Shown: positions 1-14,092, counted from the first letter of the whole stretch. The stretch: DNA of 63,093 nt, filler included, from Octopus bimaculoides (GCF_001194135.2; 3 parts of 2 records of this genome joined end to end with filler, not necessarily neighbours in it), one strand, 5' to 3'. The notes: a model not told the origin generated them from the sequence alone. Translations and numbers: made by a program.

Positions 1-158
1 TTTTGCAAAGAGCTTTAAATCATCCATGTAAATGAGATGATTTATATTTTTATCAAATATTTTATAACCATACTGTGCATCATTGAGCAATTTTGAGAGC
101 GGTATTAGGGCTAGACAGAAGAGGAGTGGTGATAGTGAGTCACCCTGGAAAATGCCAC

Positions 159-234
<76 letters not shown>

Positions 235-288
235 AAGAAGAAGAAGAAGAAGAAGAAGAAGAAGAATGAGGATGATGATGATGATGAT
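159..288. repeat. Compound microsatellite (TTA)n-(AAG)n-(GAT)n
   Basis: Directly visible consecutive trinucleotide runs; these produce the spurious poly-L/R/M ORF at 83..292. Confidence 0.95.
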
Positions 289-289
289 A

Positions 290-512
290 TGACGGTTATC
301 TGGCAGAATCGTTAGCACGCTTGGCAAAATGCTTAGTGGTATTTCGTCCGTCTTTACGTTCTGAGTTCAAATCCTGCTGAGGTCTACTTTGCTTTCCACC
401 TTTCGGGATCGATGAAATAAGTACCAGTTGAGTACTGGGGTCGATGTAATCAACTTAGTCCCTCCCTACAAATTTCAGGCCTTGTGTCTATAGTAGAAAA
501 TTATTATTATTA
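290..512 (+). mobile_element. tRNA-derived octopus SINE, family A (head ggcgagctggcagaatcgttagcacg)
   Basis: A-box-like tggcagaatcgtt and B-box-like gagttcaaatcc; colinear with copies at 8231-8457, 23863-24060 and 30372-30810; ends in a (TAT)n tail. Confidence 0.85.
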
Positions 513-599
513 TTTGATGAAAACTCTCAGCTATTTTGTTGGGTATGATGGAAAGTCTCAGCTGTCCATGGCCAGCAAACTAAGGTGACACTTGTTTAC

Positions 600-890
600 T
601 GCTTCAGGAACCCTGCGAAAATTCTTGCAGTTCTAAGCAATGCTGATTTTCCGATTGATGTGCATTCTATCTCATCTTCCGACGGGTCTCAACCAGAGAA
701 CTAAGGCACGTATATGAGATGGAGAGAAACTTCATGAGAATGTGGACGGTTGATGTCAACACATTTTTTTGAATCTCATAGATTGTTTGTTTCCCAGGGA
801 TCTGGTAAAAAAAAATTGTCAGTACCTACCTTGATCATTCCCAAAGCGCCTACAACAAAAGAGATGGTTCTGTTTTTTTAATTGCCAGTT
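600..890 (-). mobile_element. Degenerate 3' ends of R4/Dong-like (RLE) non-LTR retrotransposons
   Basis: Minus-strand frames give FVVGALGMI...QIPGKQTIYEIQKNVLTSTVHILMKFLSI (715-870) and KSALLRTARI (600-655), resembling the conserved PVVVGALG...IQK..L..T.ILR..L C-terminus of RLE LINEs; frameshifted. Confidence 0.5.
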
Positions 891-2332
891 CTTAAGGTGA
901 GGTAATTAGTCACTGCCATAGACATCAGTATTTTACTGGTACTGGTATTGTTCGTTGCTCTAAGAAGTTCTTGGAGTGATGAAGGCTGAAGCTGGCTTCT
1001 GTAGAAATTGAACTTCGAACATAATATCGCATGACATTTTTTAAACGCTCTAAAGATTGTGGCGGCTCCTCCGCTTTAAAGAATAAAATGATGATTTCAT
1101 TGCTCACTACTTTAAATGTGTTAGCACCCACTTTACTATTTGCTTTTTGGCGCAGCAGTCATCCTTGGACATTTTTCTCCAGTCGTTCTATTATCATTCA
1201 TCGTGTCGAGGCTTATTTATTATAACCAAAAATAGTTTCGACAATTTGTCAGATAGAATCAAAAACAAGAAAATTAAATAATCCATCTTGCATGTAACAT
1301 AATTTGAATACGCAGCCTTCTGATTTATCTGGGCTTACGAGTTTTCAGTTTTACTAGCAATCAGAATATCATCAATTTAAACCTAAGCGAACGATTGGCT
1401 TGCCTGTTAACATGTGATCAATAACAGGGCTTGACGGTTTGTGTAACTTATCTCAAGACAAATGACATTGCAAGAAATTCAAATTGGCAGAATACAAAAG
1501 AAAACTTTGTTGTTGTTTCGAAGTAGAATTTTCTAACATTGACTGATGGACATCAGTCAATGTTTCCAAAAGAAATAGACGCAGACGATTTGAATCGCCG
1601 ATGCCAATTCCCAAGTTTCAACCATTTTATTGAACCATCCAGTTCATTTATTGTGCGTATACATTATTTATGTTTGTGTTGCTTTTTGGTACAGCACATT
1701 GGTCTTATATCCTACACGCCTCCATTATCTCAGTATTCTCATGGTGTTACTTTTATTCTTGTTTATCCCCTTATATCTGATTAAGCATACCTATGATCAA
1801 AGGTGTTCCATCCACGACAAAACTGTGTTTTGTATGTATGTCTGTGTGTGTAGTGATATGTTTATATAAAAATATATAAAAAATATATATAAAGGAGGCC
1901 ACTAGGTGGACTGCTAATGTGCTAGAAGAAGATCACATGTCAAGTGTCTGCTAAGACCGAATAATTCTCAAAGGGAATTTAGCGAAGCAACGATAAAGTA
2001 AATCGAGCAAGACCAGTGAAAATTACACAAAAAAATACAATTATCTGTAAATATATGTTTCGAAATCAATATTTTCTTACCGAAAATATCTGTTTCTCAT
2101 CAGTACAGACCGTTGGATAGATACAATTTAGAGAATCGCACACTAAGTTGTACACCACAAGGAAAGCATGTGTATGCGGTTCTAATAAATTATACATTGC
2201 GGTAAGATTCAAAAGTCCTCGTTTTTGCGCGCTAAATCCGGAAATATCTCCGCAGAATTCCACATGGAATATACTAACTCTGAGAATTTGGTTATAGTTA
2301 ATTAAATTAAACAATTAAACAAATTAAACAGT

Positions 2333-2388
<56 letters not shown>
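2333..2388. repeat. (GATA)n microsatellite
   Basis: Directly visible. Confidence 0.95.
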
Positions 2389-2872
2389 TAGAATGATATT
2401 GTCCAAAGCTGCTTTCCTATGAGAGACGGTAGGATGTAACTTAAAGTAGGTTTTTTTCTGTTACTTCTAGACCACAAAGAAGCTTCCTCGTTTGTTGTTT
2501 ATGATCAATGTTACAATGAATAGCATAAACATACAATTGGTACTTAAATAGGAAGTAGAGACCTCCAGCCTGTGTCTAGACAAATAGTTGGGCCTGCCTG
2601 AAAATAAACAGATTGAAGAAGATATCAGTTGAGGTGATATACAGTACTTTGTCGCTGAACTTGCGTGACGAAATAATCTAAATTAACAGCAGATCGCGAG
2701 AAAACATCAGATACTTTATTGCACGTTTCTAATGTTTTCACACGAGTAATCAATAAAATGTCAATTCAAGGAATCGGCGTGCAGTGAGATGCTGTCGCAA
2801 TGAAAGCAATGAAAAGGCATCAATATGTATCATATTAAATCTTAAGCAAGATATTAACTATCACTACAATGT

Positions 2873-2940
<68 letters not shown>

Positions 2941-4292
2941 NNNNNNNNNNNNNNNNNNNNNNNNNNNNNNNNNNNNNNNNNNNNNNNNNNNNNNNNNNNN
3001 NNNNNNNNNNNNNNNNNNNNNNNNNNNNNNNNNNNNNNNNNNNNNNNNNNNNNNNNNNNNNNNNNNNNNNNNNNNNNNNNNNNNNNNNNNNNNNNNNNNN
3101 NNNNNNNNNNNNNNNNNNNNNNNNNNNNNNNNNNNNNNNNNNNNNNNNNNNNNNNNNNNNNNNNNNNNNNNNNNNNNNNNNNNNNNNNNNNNNNNNNNNN
3201 NNNNNNNNNNNNNNNNNNNNNNNNNNNNNNNNNNNNNNNNNNNNNNNNNNNNNNNNNNNNNNNNNNNNNNNNNNNNNNNNNNNNNNNNNNNNNNNNNNNN
3301 NNNNNNNNNNNNNNNNNNNNNNNNNNNNNNNNNNNNNNNNNNNNNNNNNNNATATATATATATATATATATACACATACATACATACATACATACATACA
3401 TACATACATACATACACGCACGCACATTTCTATCCTACAGACGTTGATCATGTTCTTATGTACACACACACTCAACAAGCATACATGCGTGTGTATTAAT
3501 ATTTTGAATGCATTTAATATGTACCTTTCAAGTGGTTATGCAATAAATTGTTATGGAGATAATTATCCTCTACAGTCATTACAAACGAAATGCACAGGTA
3601 GTTTCAAATTTGCCCTGTATGTAATAGTCTCCTTCAATAAGGACACAGAAGACGTAAAAACAAAAGACAGAAAGAAAGAGATAAAAGGGAGTGATAAAGA
3701 AAAGAGATAAAAGAAAGCGTAGATATATAAATTATCAATGGAGATGTGAGTAAAGCTAACGTAATTATAAAATAAGGTTGTAAATAAATGAAGAGACAAT
3801 CAGATTCAACTACAGAAGGGAAAGAAAGAATAATATATTATACTGCGAAAGACAATTTTTAAAGTAGTTAAAGAATTTCTGCATTGTTCTCAGGACGACA
3901 TGTCGTCTTTAACCCTTTGCTTCTCTTGTGTACCACATATGAAACGCAGGACATATTTCCCGTAGTCCATGCATTATATATGATACATATTACCAATTTT
4001 TTCAACCACAAGAGTGACTTGGAACTTGTGAAAGGAAAGCTTTATATTACTCAGAACTTTTGAAGAAGGGGCTAAGCTTGAACACAAATATGGACGTTTA
4101 GGATAAATATATGAAAATGTTTTGGCCATGCAAAGTACTTATCAAGCTATGGCTCTGCTGTTAAGATGTAAAGTCGTACATTGAACTAAAGATAAACTTG
4201 CTATTCGGATATACTGCAGAATAAAGTTGGGGAGTGTTGCATATTAGCTTATCAGAAACGTACAATGAAAAGGTAGCAATAATACTGTTATA

Positions 4293-4377
<85 letters not shown>
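4293..4377. repeat. (AAT)n microsatellite
   Basis: Directly visible. Confidence 0.95.
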
Positions 4378-4378
<1 letters not shown>

Positions 4379-5089
4379 GATATTTCGACAGCAAGCCTGT
4401 CTTTGTCGAGTTCAAAATAAAGTGATAAAATTTTCAAAATTATAGAAATTTAAATCTAAAATATGAACGAGAGCAACCAACGTTCACATGCTGATGGAAT
4501 GACATCAGCAGTCTTTAAGTTTCAATTCTATAACTGGCGAAAAGAAAAAGAGAGAAAAGAAAAGAAAGAAAAAAGAAAAGGAAAATTAAGAATATTTTAT
4601 TTTTTCCTCTTGTGCATGGTGTTAATAACCCGCAAATATATTTCTCGGGCATTTTGAGTATTGAAAGTGTAGCAGATTCAGGATATTTTTTGAGTATATG
4701 CAGAAGGATGAGGCTAAGGAGGAGGACGATGACGACGACGATGATAATCGTCACTCCCGTCGATTTCGACATATGAGTGCTTGAAGGAAAGGCTTTTTTA
4801 AAAAAAGGATTAGAAATATAAGAAGCTGTGTCTAATTGCTCTGGAAGTGTGAATGTAATTTGAGTTCAGGTATGGGTTTTGCTATGGAGTCATCATGATG
4901 ATTTTGATTTTGCCCGGGATTAGACAAACATGCCTGTTGGTTGCAGGATATAATTCTTTTATTGTTTTGTTTCTTCAACTCGAATTGTTAGACGCACCAT
5001 GACATATTTTACGCCACTCAGATCGATTTAGGTAATAACTCTTTCAAGTTGTTAAATTAAGCTGTAGGGAGTTTAGTGATTATTTCAAC

Positions 5090-5499
5090 TTACCCTTACA
5101 CCGTAGCAAGGGTCTTCCTTTACTGCGGAATCTCTCTGCTTGGCCATACAAAAGAATTTTCGGCATGAGATCATCTTGTATTCGAACACCGTCCTGCCCA
5201 CCTGCACTGAATTCTCAACAGCATACTTTACGATACTGGCGATACTACATTTTTCTAAAATGTTGACATTTGGCATCTTATCTTGTCACTTTATGCTGCA
5301 GATATTGTGCGGGCAGCATATGTGAGGGGTTTCAAATATCTGTAGTAGTCTGTAGCAGTAAGTCCATGCTTCCGCCCCGTACAAAAGTGCATTCAACATA
5401 CAAAATATCACTTTTCAAACTGACACCATGTTCATCCCACAAACGATAGGGACGTTTTCCAAAAGCCCTTGTAGCCTTAGACAGTCTAACATTGATTTC

Positions 5500-5502
<3 letters not shown>
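5090..5502 (-). mobile_element. RTE-clade LINE fragment (region C-terminal to RT), decayed
   Basis: Minus strand reads EINVRLSKATRAFG..RLWDEHGVSL, then PNVNILEKCSIASI and GRPLLR, matching the RTE/BovB post-RT pattern; contains frameshifts. Confidence 0.75.
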
Positions 5503-5539
<37 letters not shown>

Positions 5540-6223
5540 GCACAAGGCCACAACTTTATTCAACAGAATATCTGAACAGCACAAATGGTTGTCTCTAATT
5601 CAATTTATGATCTTACTGCTTAATACCATAGAAATGGCCTAAGTACTTTATTGTATTTGAAACTACCGTGTTCCAGAGAGAAAGGCAGAAGTAATTTTCC
5701 TTCCCTAAAAATTGTCTTGTCCTTGGCAGTGTAGTATATTATTCGTTCTTTTCCTCCTTTGGCTGAAGCTTATTCTCTGCTTATTTATTTATATTATATT
5801 ATGTTAAGTTATTCCATCCTATCTTTCCTTTTGCCTCATGTATATTTAACTTGTTCTAGTTTCTTCCCCCTTTCTTTCAATAGGGTTTTCTATGGTTAGA
5901 TATGACTTATATAATCTACTTTCTATGAGAGTAAATTTGAAATTATCATTTATTTTGCTTTTAATGACTGAAGAAGATGACTATTTGTGTAATAATTCGT
6001 CACATAAGCACTTGAAACGTACGTATTAAATTCCCTCAAAATATCAATATTTGGTTGTGTCATTATTCAAACATGATGTGATTCTTGTTTATAACACTCC
6101 AGCTTATCCCATCTTGGACAATGCAAGTACAACGCAGCTCGAGTATAGGCGTGGAATGTTGATCGACACACTGAGTCAGAAATAAACTCTAATATGCATT
6201 CAACAAAACAGTATACTTTGATG

Positions 6224-6260
<37 letters not shown>

Positions 6261-6403
6261 ATAAACAAAGACGCACACATATATGTGTGAGGAGTGTGTG
6301 AGAGTGTGTGTGTGGGGGGGGGCGTGTGTGTGTGTTTATATATGAAATAACAGAGCACGCAATACGTGTTATGGAGTTTACATCTTTGCAAAAGTATTTG
6401 GAC

Positions 6404-6550
6404 TTAGCGGTTCGGCAAAAGAGACCGATAGTATAAGTACTGGGCTTACAAAGAATAAGTCATGGGATCGATTTATTCACCTAAAAGCGGTGCCCCAGCA
6501 TGGCCGTAGTCAAATGATTGAAACAAGTAAAAGAACAAAAGAATAAAAGA
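6404..6550 (+). mobile_element. 3' half of CORE-type SINE, family B
   Basis: ttagcggttcggcaaaagagaccgatag...caagtaaaaga is colinear with 13960-14092. Confidence 0.85.
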
Positions 6551-8230
6551 ATATATACATAAACACACACACACACATACATACATACATACATACATAC
6601 ATACAGATACACATACAGATACATAGACATGTGAGTGTACATAAGGGGATGTGTACTTGTTAGTGTATCAAGTGTTATTGTCTTTGTTGTTTTTATCATA
6701 TTTATGGTATATATTTTTTAATTTATATATATATATATATATATACAAGTGAGTTGACAAACGAAAGACGGGCACTCAGCCAATTTATTGGGAGTTACAT
6801 GTATGAACCAATTCAAATTCAAAACAGCTGACGACTAGCATCACGCTTGAAACTCAAGAGTACCAACGAATTTGAATCAAACTGCTTTGCTCCCTCCATC
6901 CATCCATATATATATATATATAATTATTACAAATTAATAATCAATTTCCTTCATCAGTACTGTATTTCAGTAGTAAATTCGACTATGCTAGCAAACCCTG
7001 CAAGCATGGACGGGTAGTTCCACACTGACACAGATCAGGAAGCACAACTGAATTCACCTCGGTCAGCCAGTTAGAACTGTGCTTCCTGATCNNNNNNNNN
7101 NNNNNNNNNNNNNNNNNNNNNNNNNNNNNNNNNNNNNNNNNNNNNNNNNNNNNNNNNNNNNNNNNNNNNNNNNNNNNNNNNNNNNNNNNNNNNNNNNNNN
7201 NNNNNNNNNNNNNNNNNNNNNNNNNNNNNNNNNNNNNNNNNNNNNNNNNNNNNNNNNNNNNNNNNNNNNNNNNNNNNNNNNNNNNNNNNNNNNNNNNNNN
7301 NNNNNNNNNNNNNNNNNNNNNNNNNNNNNNNNNNNNNNNNNNNNNNNNNNNNNNNNNNNNNNNNNNNNNNNNNNNNNNNNNNNNNNNNNNNNNNNNNNNN
7401 NNNNNNNNNNNNNNNNNNNNNNNNNNNNNNNNNNNNNNNNNNNNNNNNNNNNNNNNNNNNNNNNNNNNNNNNNNNNNNNNNNNNNNNNNNNNNNNNNNNN
7501 NNNNNNNNNNNNNNNNNNNNNNNNNNNNNNNNNNNNNNNNNNNNNNNNNNNNNNNNNNNNNNNNNNNNNNNNNNNNNNNNNNNNNNNNNNNNNNNNNNNN
7601 NNNNNNNNNNNNNNNNNNNNNNNNNNNNNNNNNNNNNNNNNNNNNNNNNNNNNNNNNNNNNNNNNNNNNNNNNNNNNNNNNNNNNNNNNNNNNNNNNNNN
7701 NNNNNNNNNNNNNNNNNNNNNNNNNNNNNNNNNNNNNNNNNNNNNNNNNNNNNNNNNNNNNNNNNNNNNNNNNNNNNNNNNNNNNNNNNNNNNNNNNNNN
7801 NNNNNNNNNNNNNNNNNNNNNNNNNNNNNNNNNNNNNNNNNNNNNNNNNNNNNNNNNNNNNNNNNNNNNNNNNNNNNNNNNNNNNNNNNNNNNNNNNNNN
7901 NNNNNNNNNNNNNNNNNNNNNNNNNNNNNNNNNNNNNNNNNNNNNNNNNNNNNNNNNNNNNNNNNNNNNNNNNNNNNNNNNNNNNNNNNNNNNNNNNNNN
8001 NNNNNNNNNNNNNNATTTCCCTGCAGACATCGACTGAAAGATAGTTAAACCGATCATGAATTCTATTAGTCCCACCCGTCGCAGACAGCCAACGAAGTGC
8101 GTGGACACAGCTCCTCTTTCATATTCAACAATAAAGAAATCAACAATATTCTTTACAACAAAAAGACATTCTGTGTGCTAAACACAAATACAAAATAGAG
8201 CTTCACATATGTATAAACTGATAAACTGAA

Positions 8231-8457
8231 GGGCGGCGAGCTGGCAGAATCGTTAGCACGCCGGGCGAAATGCTTAGCGGTATTTCGTCTGCCGTTACGT
8301 TCTGAGTTCAAATACCGCCGAGGTCCACTTTGCCTTTCATCCTTTCGGGGTCGATTAAATAACTACCAGTTACGTACTGGGGTCGATGTAATCGATATAA
8401 TCCCTTTAACTGTCTTTATTTGTCCCCTCTATGTTTAGCCCCTTGTGGGCAATAAAG
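8231..8457 (+). mobile_element. Full-length family A SINE with probable target-site duplication
   Basis: Complete head-to-tail copy ending gggcaataaag; tataaactgat occurs at 8212-8222 and 8467-8477. Confidence 0.9.
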
Positions 8458-8853
8458 CAGTATGTATATAAACTGATCATAAATTCCATTGGTCCCAACC
8501 GTCTCAGACGACCAGCAAAGTGCATGGACGCAGCTCGTCCCTCATATTCAGCTATAAAGAAATCAACAATATTCTTGATAAAAAGACATTATGTATGTGT
8601 TATGTCTTAAGCTACTGCTATCTGGCACCTTCGGATGATCGCTACTCGACTGCTCTTCGTCAGCTACTCAACTGTCAGTCCACTGTTAGTCAACTCCTAC
8701 CAAGGTCAGACTACTTCTATTTATATGTCTTGGTCGAGCCTACTTCTTCGCTTGGGGGCATCGACACAACAGTATGCTAAATACAAATGCGGTAGGGCCC
8801 CACATATGTAATCTAATGTGTCGAAAAACTTCAATCAACTGCAATTAGATAAG

Positions 8854-9030
8854 TGCAGAAGTGGCTGTGGGGTTAGAAGTTTTCCTCCCATTCACATGAT
8901 TCCAGGTTCAGTCTCACTGCTTGACACCTGTGGTTAATATCTTATCCTATACGCTCAGACCGAGGACCGACTAAATCTTTGTGAATGAACTAATAATATG
9001 GAAACTAAGAGAAGCATGTCGTATATATTA
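8854..9030 (+). mobile_element. Degenerate 5' half of family B SINE, running into microsatellite and gap
   Basis: gtggctgtgggg...ggttcagtctcactgc...gaagcatgtcgtatat aligns by eye to 13619-13780. Confidence 0.65.
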
Positions 9031-9042
9031 ATATATAATTGT

Positions 9043-9076
<34 letters not shown>

Positions 9077-10089
9077 NNNNNNNNNNNNNNNNNNNNNNNN
9101 NNNNNNNNNNNNNNNNNNNNNNNNNNNNNNNNNNNNNNNNNNNNNNNNNNNNNNNNNNNNNNNNNNNNNNNNNNNNNNNNNNNNNNNNNNNNNNNNNNNN
9201 NNNNNNNNNNNNNNNNNNNNNNNNNNNNNNNNNNNNNNNNNNNNNNNNNNNNNNNNNNNNNNNNNNNNNNNNNNNNNNNNNNNNNNNNNNNNNNNNNNNN
9301 NNNNNNNNNNNNNNNNNNNNNNNNNNNNNNNNNNNNNNNNNNNNNNNNNNNNNNNNNNNNNNNNNNNNNNNNNNNNNNNNNNNNNNNNNNNNNNNNNNNN
9401 NNNNNNNNNNNNNNNNNNNNNNNNNNNNNNNNNNNNNNNNNNNNNNNNNNNNNNNNNNNATATATATATATATATATATAAGTTAAAAATAATGTTCATT
9501 ACATACACATTGTCCAATGTACCCTTCTTTATTTATATTGATATCTTGTGTTTTTAGTGAGAGTTGTCAGCTATTTTGACCAAGGGAAGCGATGGCTTGG
9601 ATACTTCCTCATGAAGGTCAGGGTGTGTTGCTTCTTTTTGGCCCAAATCATTTCTGATTTGATAAGAACCGTTCATTGGAAGGGTGTATCTCCTTAGCAC
9701 GATAGCTTTTACTTCTGGAGGCTCTGAATTACGTAATAGTTGTAACGCTAGCAGATGGAGTGTGCAAAAAGGCATAACACTGGCATCTAGATGTCAATCT
9801 CTCCATCCTGAAGACGAAGGCCGGATTTATGGTACTGGTTCTATTTACGGTACTTTTGACTTTTTGCGCAATTATTACGTAATTCTGAGCATCCAGAAAC
9901 GGCTGTCGGGCCTGAAATACCATACCCACTCATTTTAGTTTTCTGTATCCTTTGTACATCATGTTAATCTGTTCTGTAAATATATAAATATCTATATTCT
10001 TATACATGAATTTTCATCTGAATGATTTCAGTTTTTGTTTCTCTTTCTATATATATCTATTTCTATATACATTTTTACATGTATATGTG

Positions 10090-10144
<55 letters not shown>

Positions 10145-10562
10145 CTGTGTCTGTGTCTGTGTCTGTGTTTCTGTGTATTTGTGTATGTATGTATATATAG
10201 TTTATATATCAAGCCCAAGAGTGTTTATTTGTTTATTTGCATCATTATCTCCTTATCAAATCGTCTGGATTCCTCTTATGATCACTCTTTACCTTTACTG
10301 TTTACCTTTACTCAAATCATTTGAGCTCTACTATGTTTTTTTCTATATTGAGCATGTCTGGATCTTACCTATTTATTCTATATATATATATGTATACATA
10401 TATATATATAGTGAGAATTTACAAAAACAAAAACAGAAAACGAAGACGGGTGTGTTAACAACAAATAAGTGTATTAGTTTGACGCTCGGGAATTGAGAAA
10501 GTCTTTTACGTTTCGAGCCTATGCTCTTCGACAGAAAGGAACACAGAAATAAACAGGGCGAG

Positions 10563-10607
<45 letters not shown>

Positions 10608-11320
10608 NNNNNNNNNNNNNNNNNNNNNNNNNNNNNNNNNNNNNNNNNNNNNNNNNNNNNNNNNNNNNNNNNNNNNNNNNNNNNNNNNNNNNNNNNNNNN
10701 NNNNNNNNNNNNNNNNNNNNNNNNNNNNNNNNNNNNNNNNNNNNNNNNNNNNNNNNNNNNNNNNNNNNNNNNNNNNNNNNNNNNNNNNNNNNNNNNNNNN
10801 NNNNNNNNNNNNNNNNNNNNNNNNNNNNNNNNNNNNNNNNNNNNNNNNNNNNNNNNNNNNNNNNNNNNNNNNNNNNNNNNNNNNNNNNNNNNNNNNNNNN
10901 NNNNNNNNNNNNNNNNNNNNNNNNNNNNNNNNNNNNNNNNNNNNNNNNNNNNNNNNNNNNNNNNNNNNNNNNNNNNNNNNNNNNNNNNNNNNNNNNNNNN
11001 NNNNNNNNNNNNNNNNNNNNNNNNNNNNNNNNNNNNNNNNNNNNNNNNNNNNNNNNNNNNNNNNNNNNNNNNNNNNNNNNNNNNNNNNNNNNNNNNNNNN
11101 NNNNNNNNNNNNNNNNNNNNNNNNNNNNNNNNNNNNNNNNNNNNNNNNNNNNNNNNNNNNNNNNNNNNNNNNNNNNNNNNNNNNNNNNNNNNNNNNNNNN
11201 NNNNNNNNNNNNNNNNNNNNNNNNNNNNNNNNNNNNNNNNNNNNNNNNNNNNNNNNNNNNNNNNNNNNNNNNNNNNNNNNNNNNNNNNNNNNNNNNNNNN
11301 NNNNNNNNNNNNNNNNNNNN

Positions 11321-11355
<35 letters not shown>

Positions 11356-11619
11356 TACACACACAGTGCGTGCTTTTCTGAAATGACCAGAAATAGCACT
11401 GTCACTCTAAACATGAGTGAGGGTTAGGGTTAGAGATCAACTGGGAGCTTGACACGTATGCGTATAAAGCTATATACACACGTTAAATATATGTATAATA
11501 CCAAAATCATACGCATACGTAAAACTAGACACATAAAATGGGCTAACAAGCAATTTCTATGCTGTCAATCGTCTAGCCAAATTTTCTTCAAATCTATCCC
11601 TAATATACATATATATATA

Positions 11620-11775
11620 TGACGGGCTTCTTACAGTTTCCATCTACCAAATTCACTCACAAGGCTTCCCTCGGCCTGTTGCTATAGTAGAGAACGCATT
11701 CCCAAGGTGTCACGCAGTGGAACTAAACCCGGAACCATGTGGTTGAAGAGCGAGCTTCTTACCATACAGTCGCGT
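11620..11775 (-). mobile_element. 5' half of family B SINE
   Basis: Reverse complement of the 13619-13780 head (gacgggcttct...cccaaggtgtcacgcagtggaactaaacccggaaccatgtgg). Confidence 0.8.
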
Positions 11776-11854
11776 CGTGCATACATACATGCACACACAC
11801 ACATTACACACACACATTACACACACACACGCACACACATATTCTTTTATTCTT

Positions 11855-12061
11855 TTTTATTCTTTTACTTGTTTCAGTCATTTGATTGCGGCTATGCTGG
11901 AGCATCGTCTTAAATGATGTTAGTCGAATAAATCGTCCCCAAGACTTATTCTTTGTAAGCTTAGTACTTATTCTATCGTTTATTTTGCCGAACCGCTATG
12001 TTACGGGGACATAAACACACCACGCATCGGTTGTCAAGTGATGGCGGGGAAACAGACAGAC

Positions 12062-12096
<35 letters not shown>

Positions 12097-12310
12097 NNNN
12101 NNNNNNNNNNNNNNNNNNNNNNNNNNNNNNNNNNNNNNNNNNNNNNNNNNNNNNNNNNNNNNNNNNNNNNNNNNNNNNNNNNNNNNNNNNNNNNNNNNNN
12201 NNNNNNNNNNNNNNNNNNNNNNNNNNNNNNNNNNNNNNNNNNNNNNNNNNNNNNNNNNNNNTATACGACGGGCTTCTTCCAGTTTCGTTCTGCCAAATCT
12301 ACACACAAAC
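11855..12310 (-). mobile_element. Family B SINE spanning an internal (TA)n and an assembly gap
   Basis: 3' half at 11855-12065 and part of the 5' half at 12262-12310, both reverse-complementary to 13619-14092. Confidence 0.8.
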
Positions 12311-13149
12311 CATATACGTGTATATATAATATATATGTGTATGTGTGTGTTGATATCAATCATAAGTTCGCTATCAATTGCATGTTGTTTGAACGAGCGG
12401 TTTACAAAAGTTTCAGAAAATATTACAATGTTTAGATAATTAATTTGATGGTAAAATTAATCCATGAGTATAATTACAGATATGATTTCGGCAATCCGGG
12501 GGTAATATTTTTAAACAATGGGCTTATCTCTGTGTGATTGTAGGTATTACTTTTTGATATTTTTGTTTTTGATTTTACATTGTTTACGGACAATAACATC
12601 CTTGGTAATAGCTTTCTAATAAGTCAATCGCCGACTCGATAAATTTTTGACAGTATGGGTCAATGAATGTACAACAGTAGCACTTTTATTTATATATTCG
12701 TTTTTGCTGATGTTTACATCCTTTCCTTCAAAGATACATATAAGTGACAGATACACATAAATAACACACACAATGTTTATCTATATCAGCCAGTTGCTGA
12801 ATTTCACTCAGCATATAATGTTAGTGGATACTTGCTACTGATGAAGCTCAAAGATGCAGAAATCTGTATTTAGCAATGTACCTGCTGAATATTTTCCATC
12901 TGTTGCTGATATATTTCTGTGTTGCTTTTTTTTTAAACACTATATGTCTATAAGGGATGCTTCTTTTTTTTAGATAAGTACTGTAGTTTAGAATGCTTTT
13001 AACAGTATAGTTTCTTAATGCATTATAAACAGATTGCTAATTTGAACTAATACTGTTTCCATCACTAATAATGAATGAATGAATGAATAAATGAATAAAT
13101 GAATGAATAAATGAATAAATGAATGAATGAACATATATATATACATATT

Positions 13150-13470
13150 ATCGTCATCGTTTAATGTCCGTCTTCCATGCATGCATGAGTAGGACGGTTG
13201 ACAGGAGCCGGCCAAGTAGAAAACAACCCCAGGCTACTGTGTCCGTTTTGGCAGTGTTTTTACGGTTGGATGTCCTTCCTAACACCAACCACTCTTCAGG
13301 GTGGACTCAGTGCCTTTTACGTGGCGCTAGCACAGGCGAGGTAAGTTTTGGCATGATTTTTACAGCTGGATGCCCTTCCAAATGCCAATCACTTCACAGT
13401 GTGGACTGGATGCTTTTTACGTGGCACCAGCACTGGCAGGGTAACCAAGTAACTCGCAAGAAAGGAATTA
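13150..13470. mobile_element. Interspersed repeat with internal ~110-bp tandem duplication (ggatgcccttcctaacgccaacc motif; SINE or LINE 3'-end derived)
   Basis: Two colinear units tttttacggttggatgtccttcc...ttttacgtggcgctagcacagg and tttttacagctggatgcccttcc...ttttacgtggcaccagcactgg. The family assignment is from recall. Confidence 0.55.
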
Positions 13471-13618
13471 TGAGAAAGGCAGGGGCATAACAGACTTCTG
13501 TAGTTTCTCTCAACGAAATTATCACTCACAAGGCATTGATCAACCTGGTGCTATGACAGAAAACAGTTGATTAAAGTGCTACACTACAGGATTGAACTCG
13601 GAACTATAAAGTTGCACC

Positions 13619-14092
<474 letters not shown>

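Noticed and set aside
7033-7091. Perfect 14-bp inverted repeat (gatcaggaagcaca / tgtgcttcctgatc)
   Set aside because: Ends exactly at a contig edge on GATC; a foldback assembly artefact cannot be excluded.
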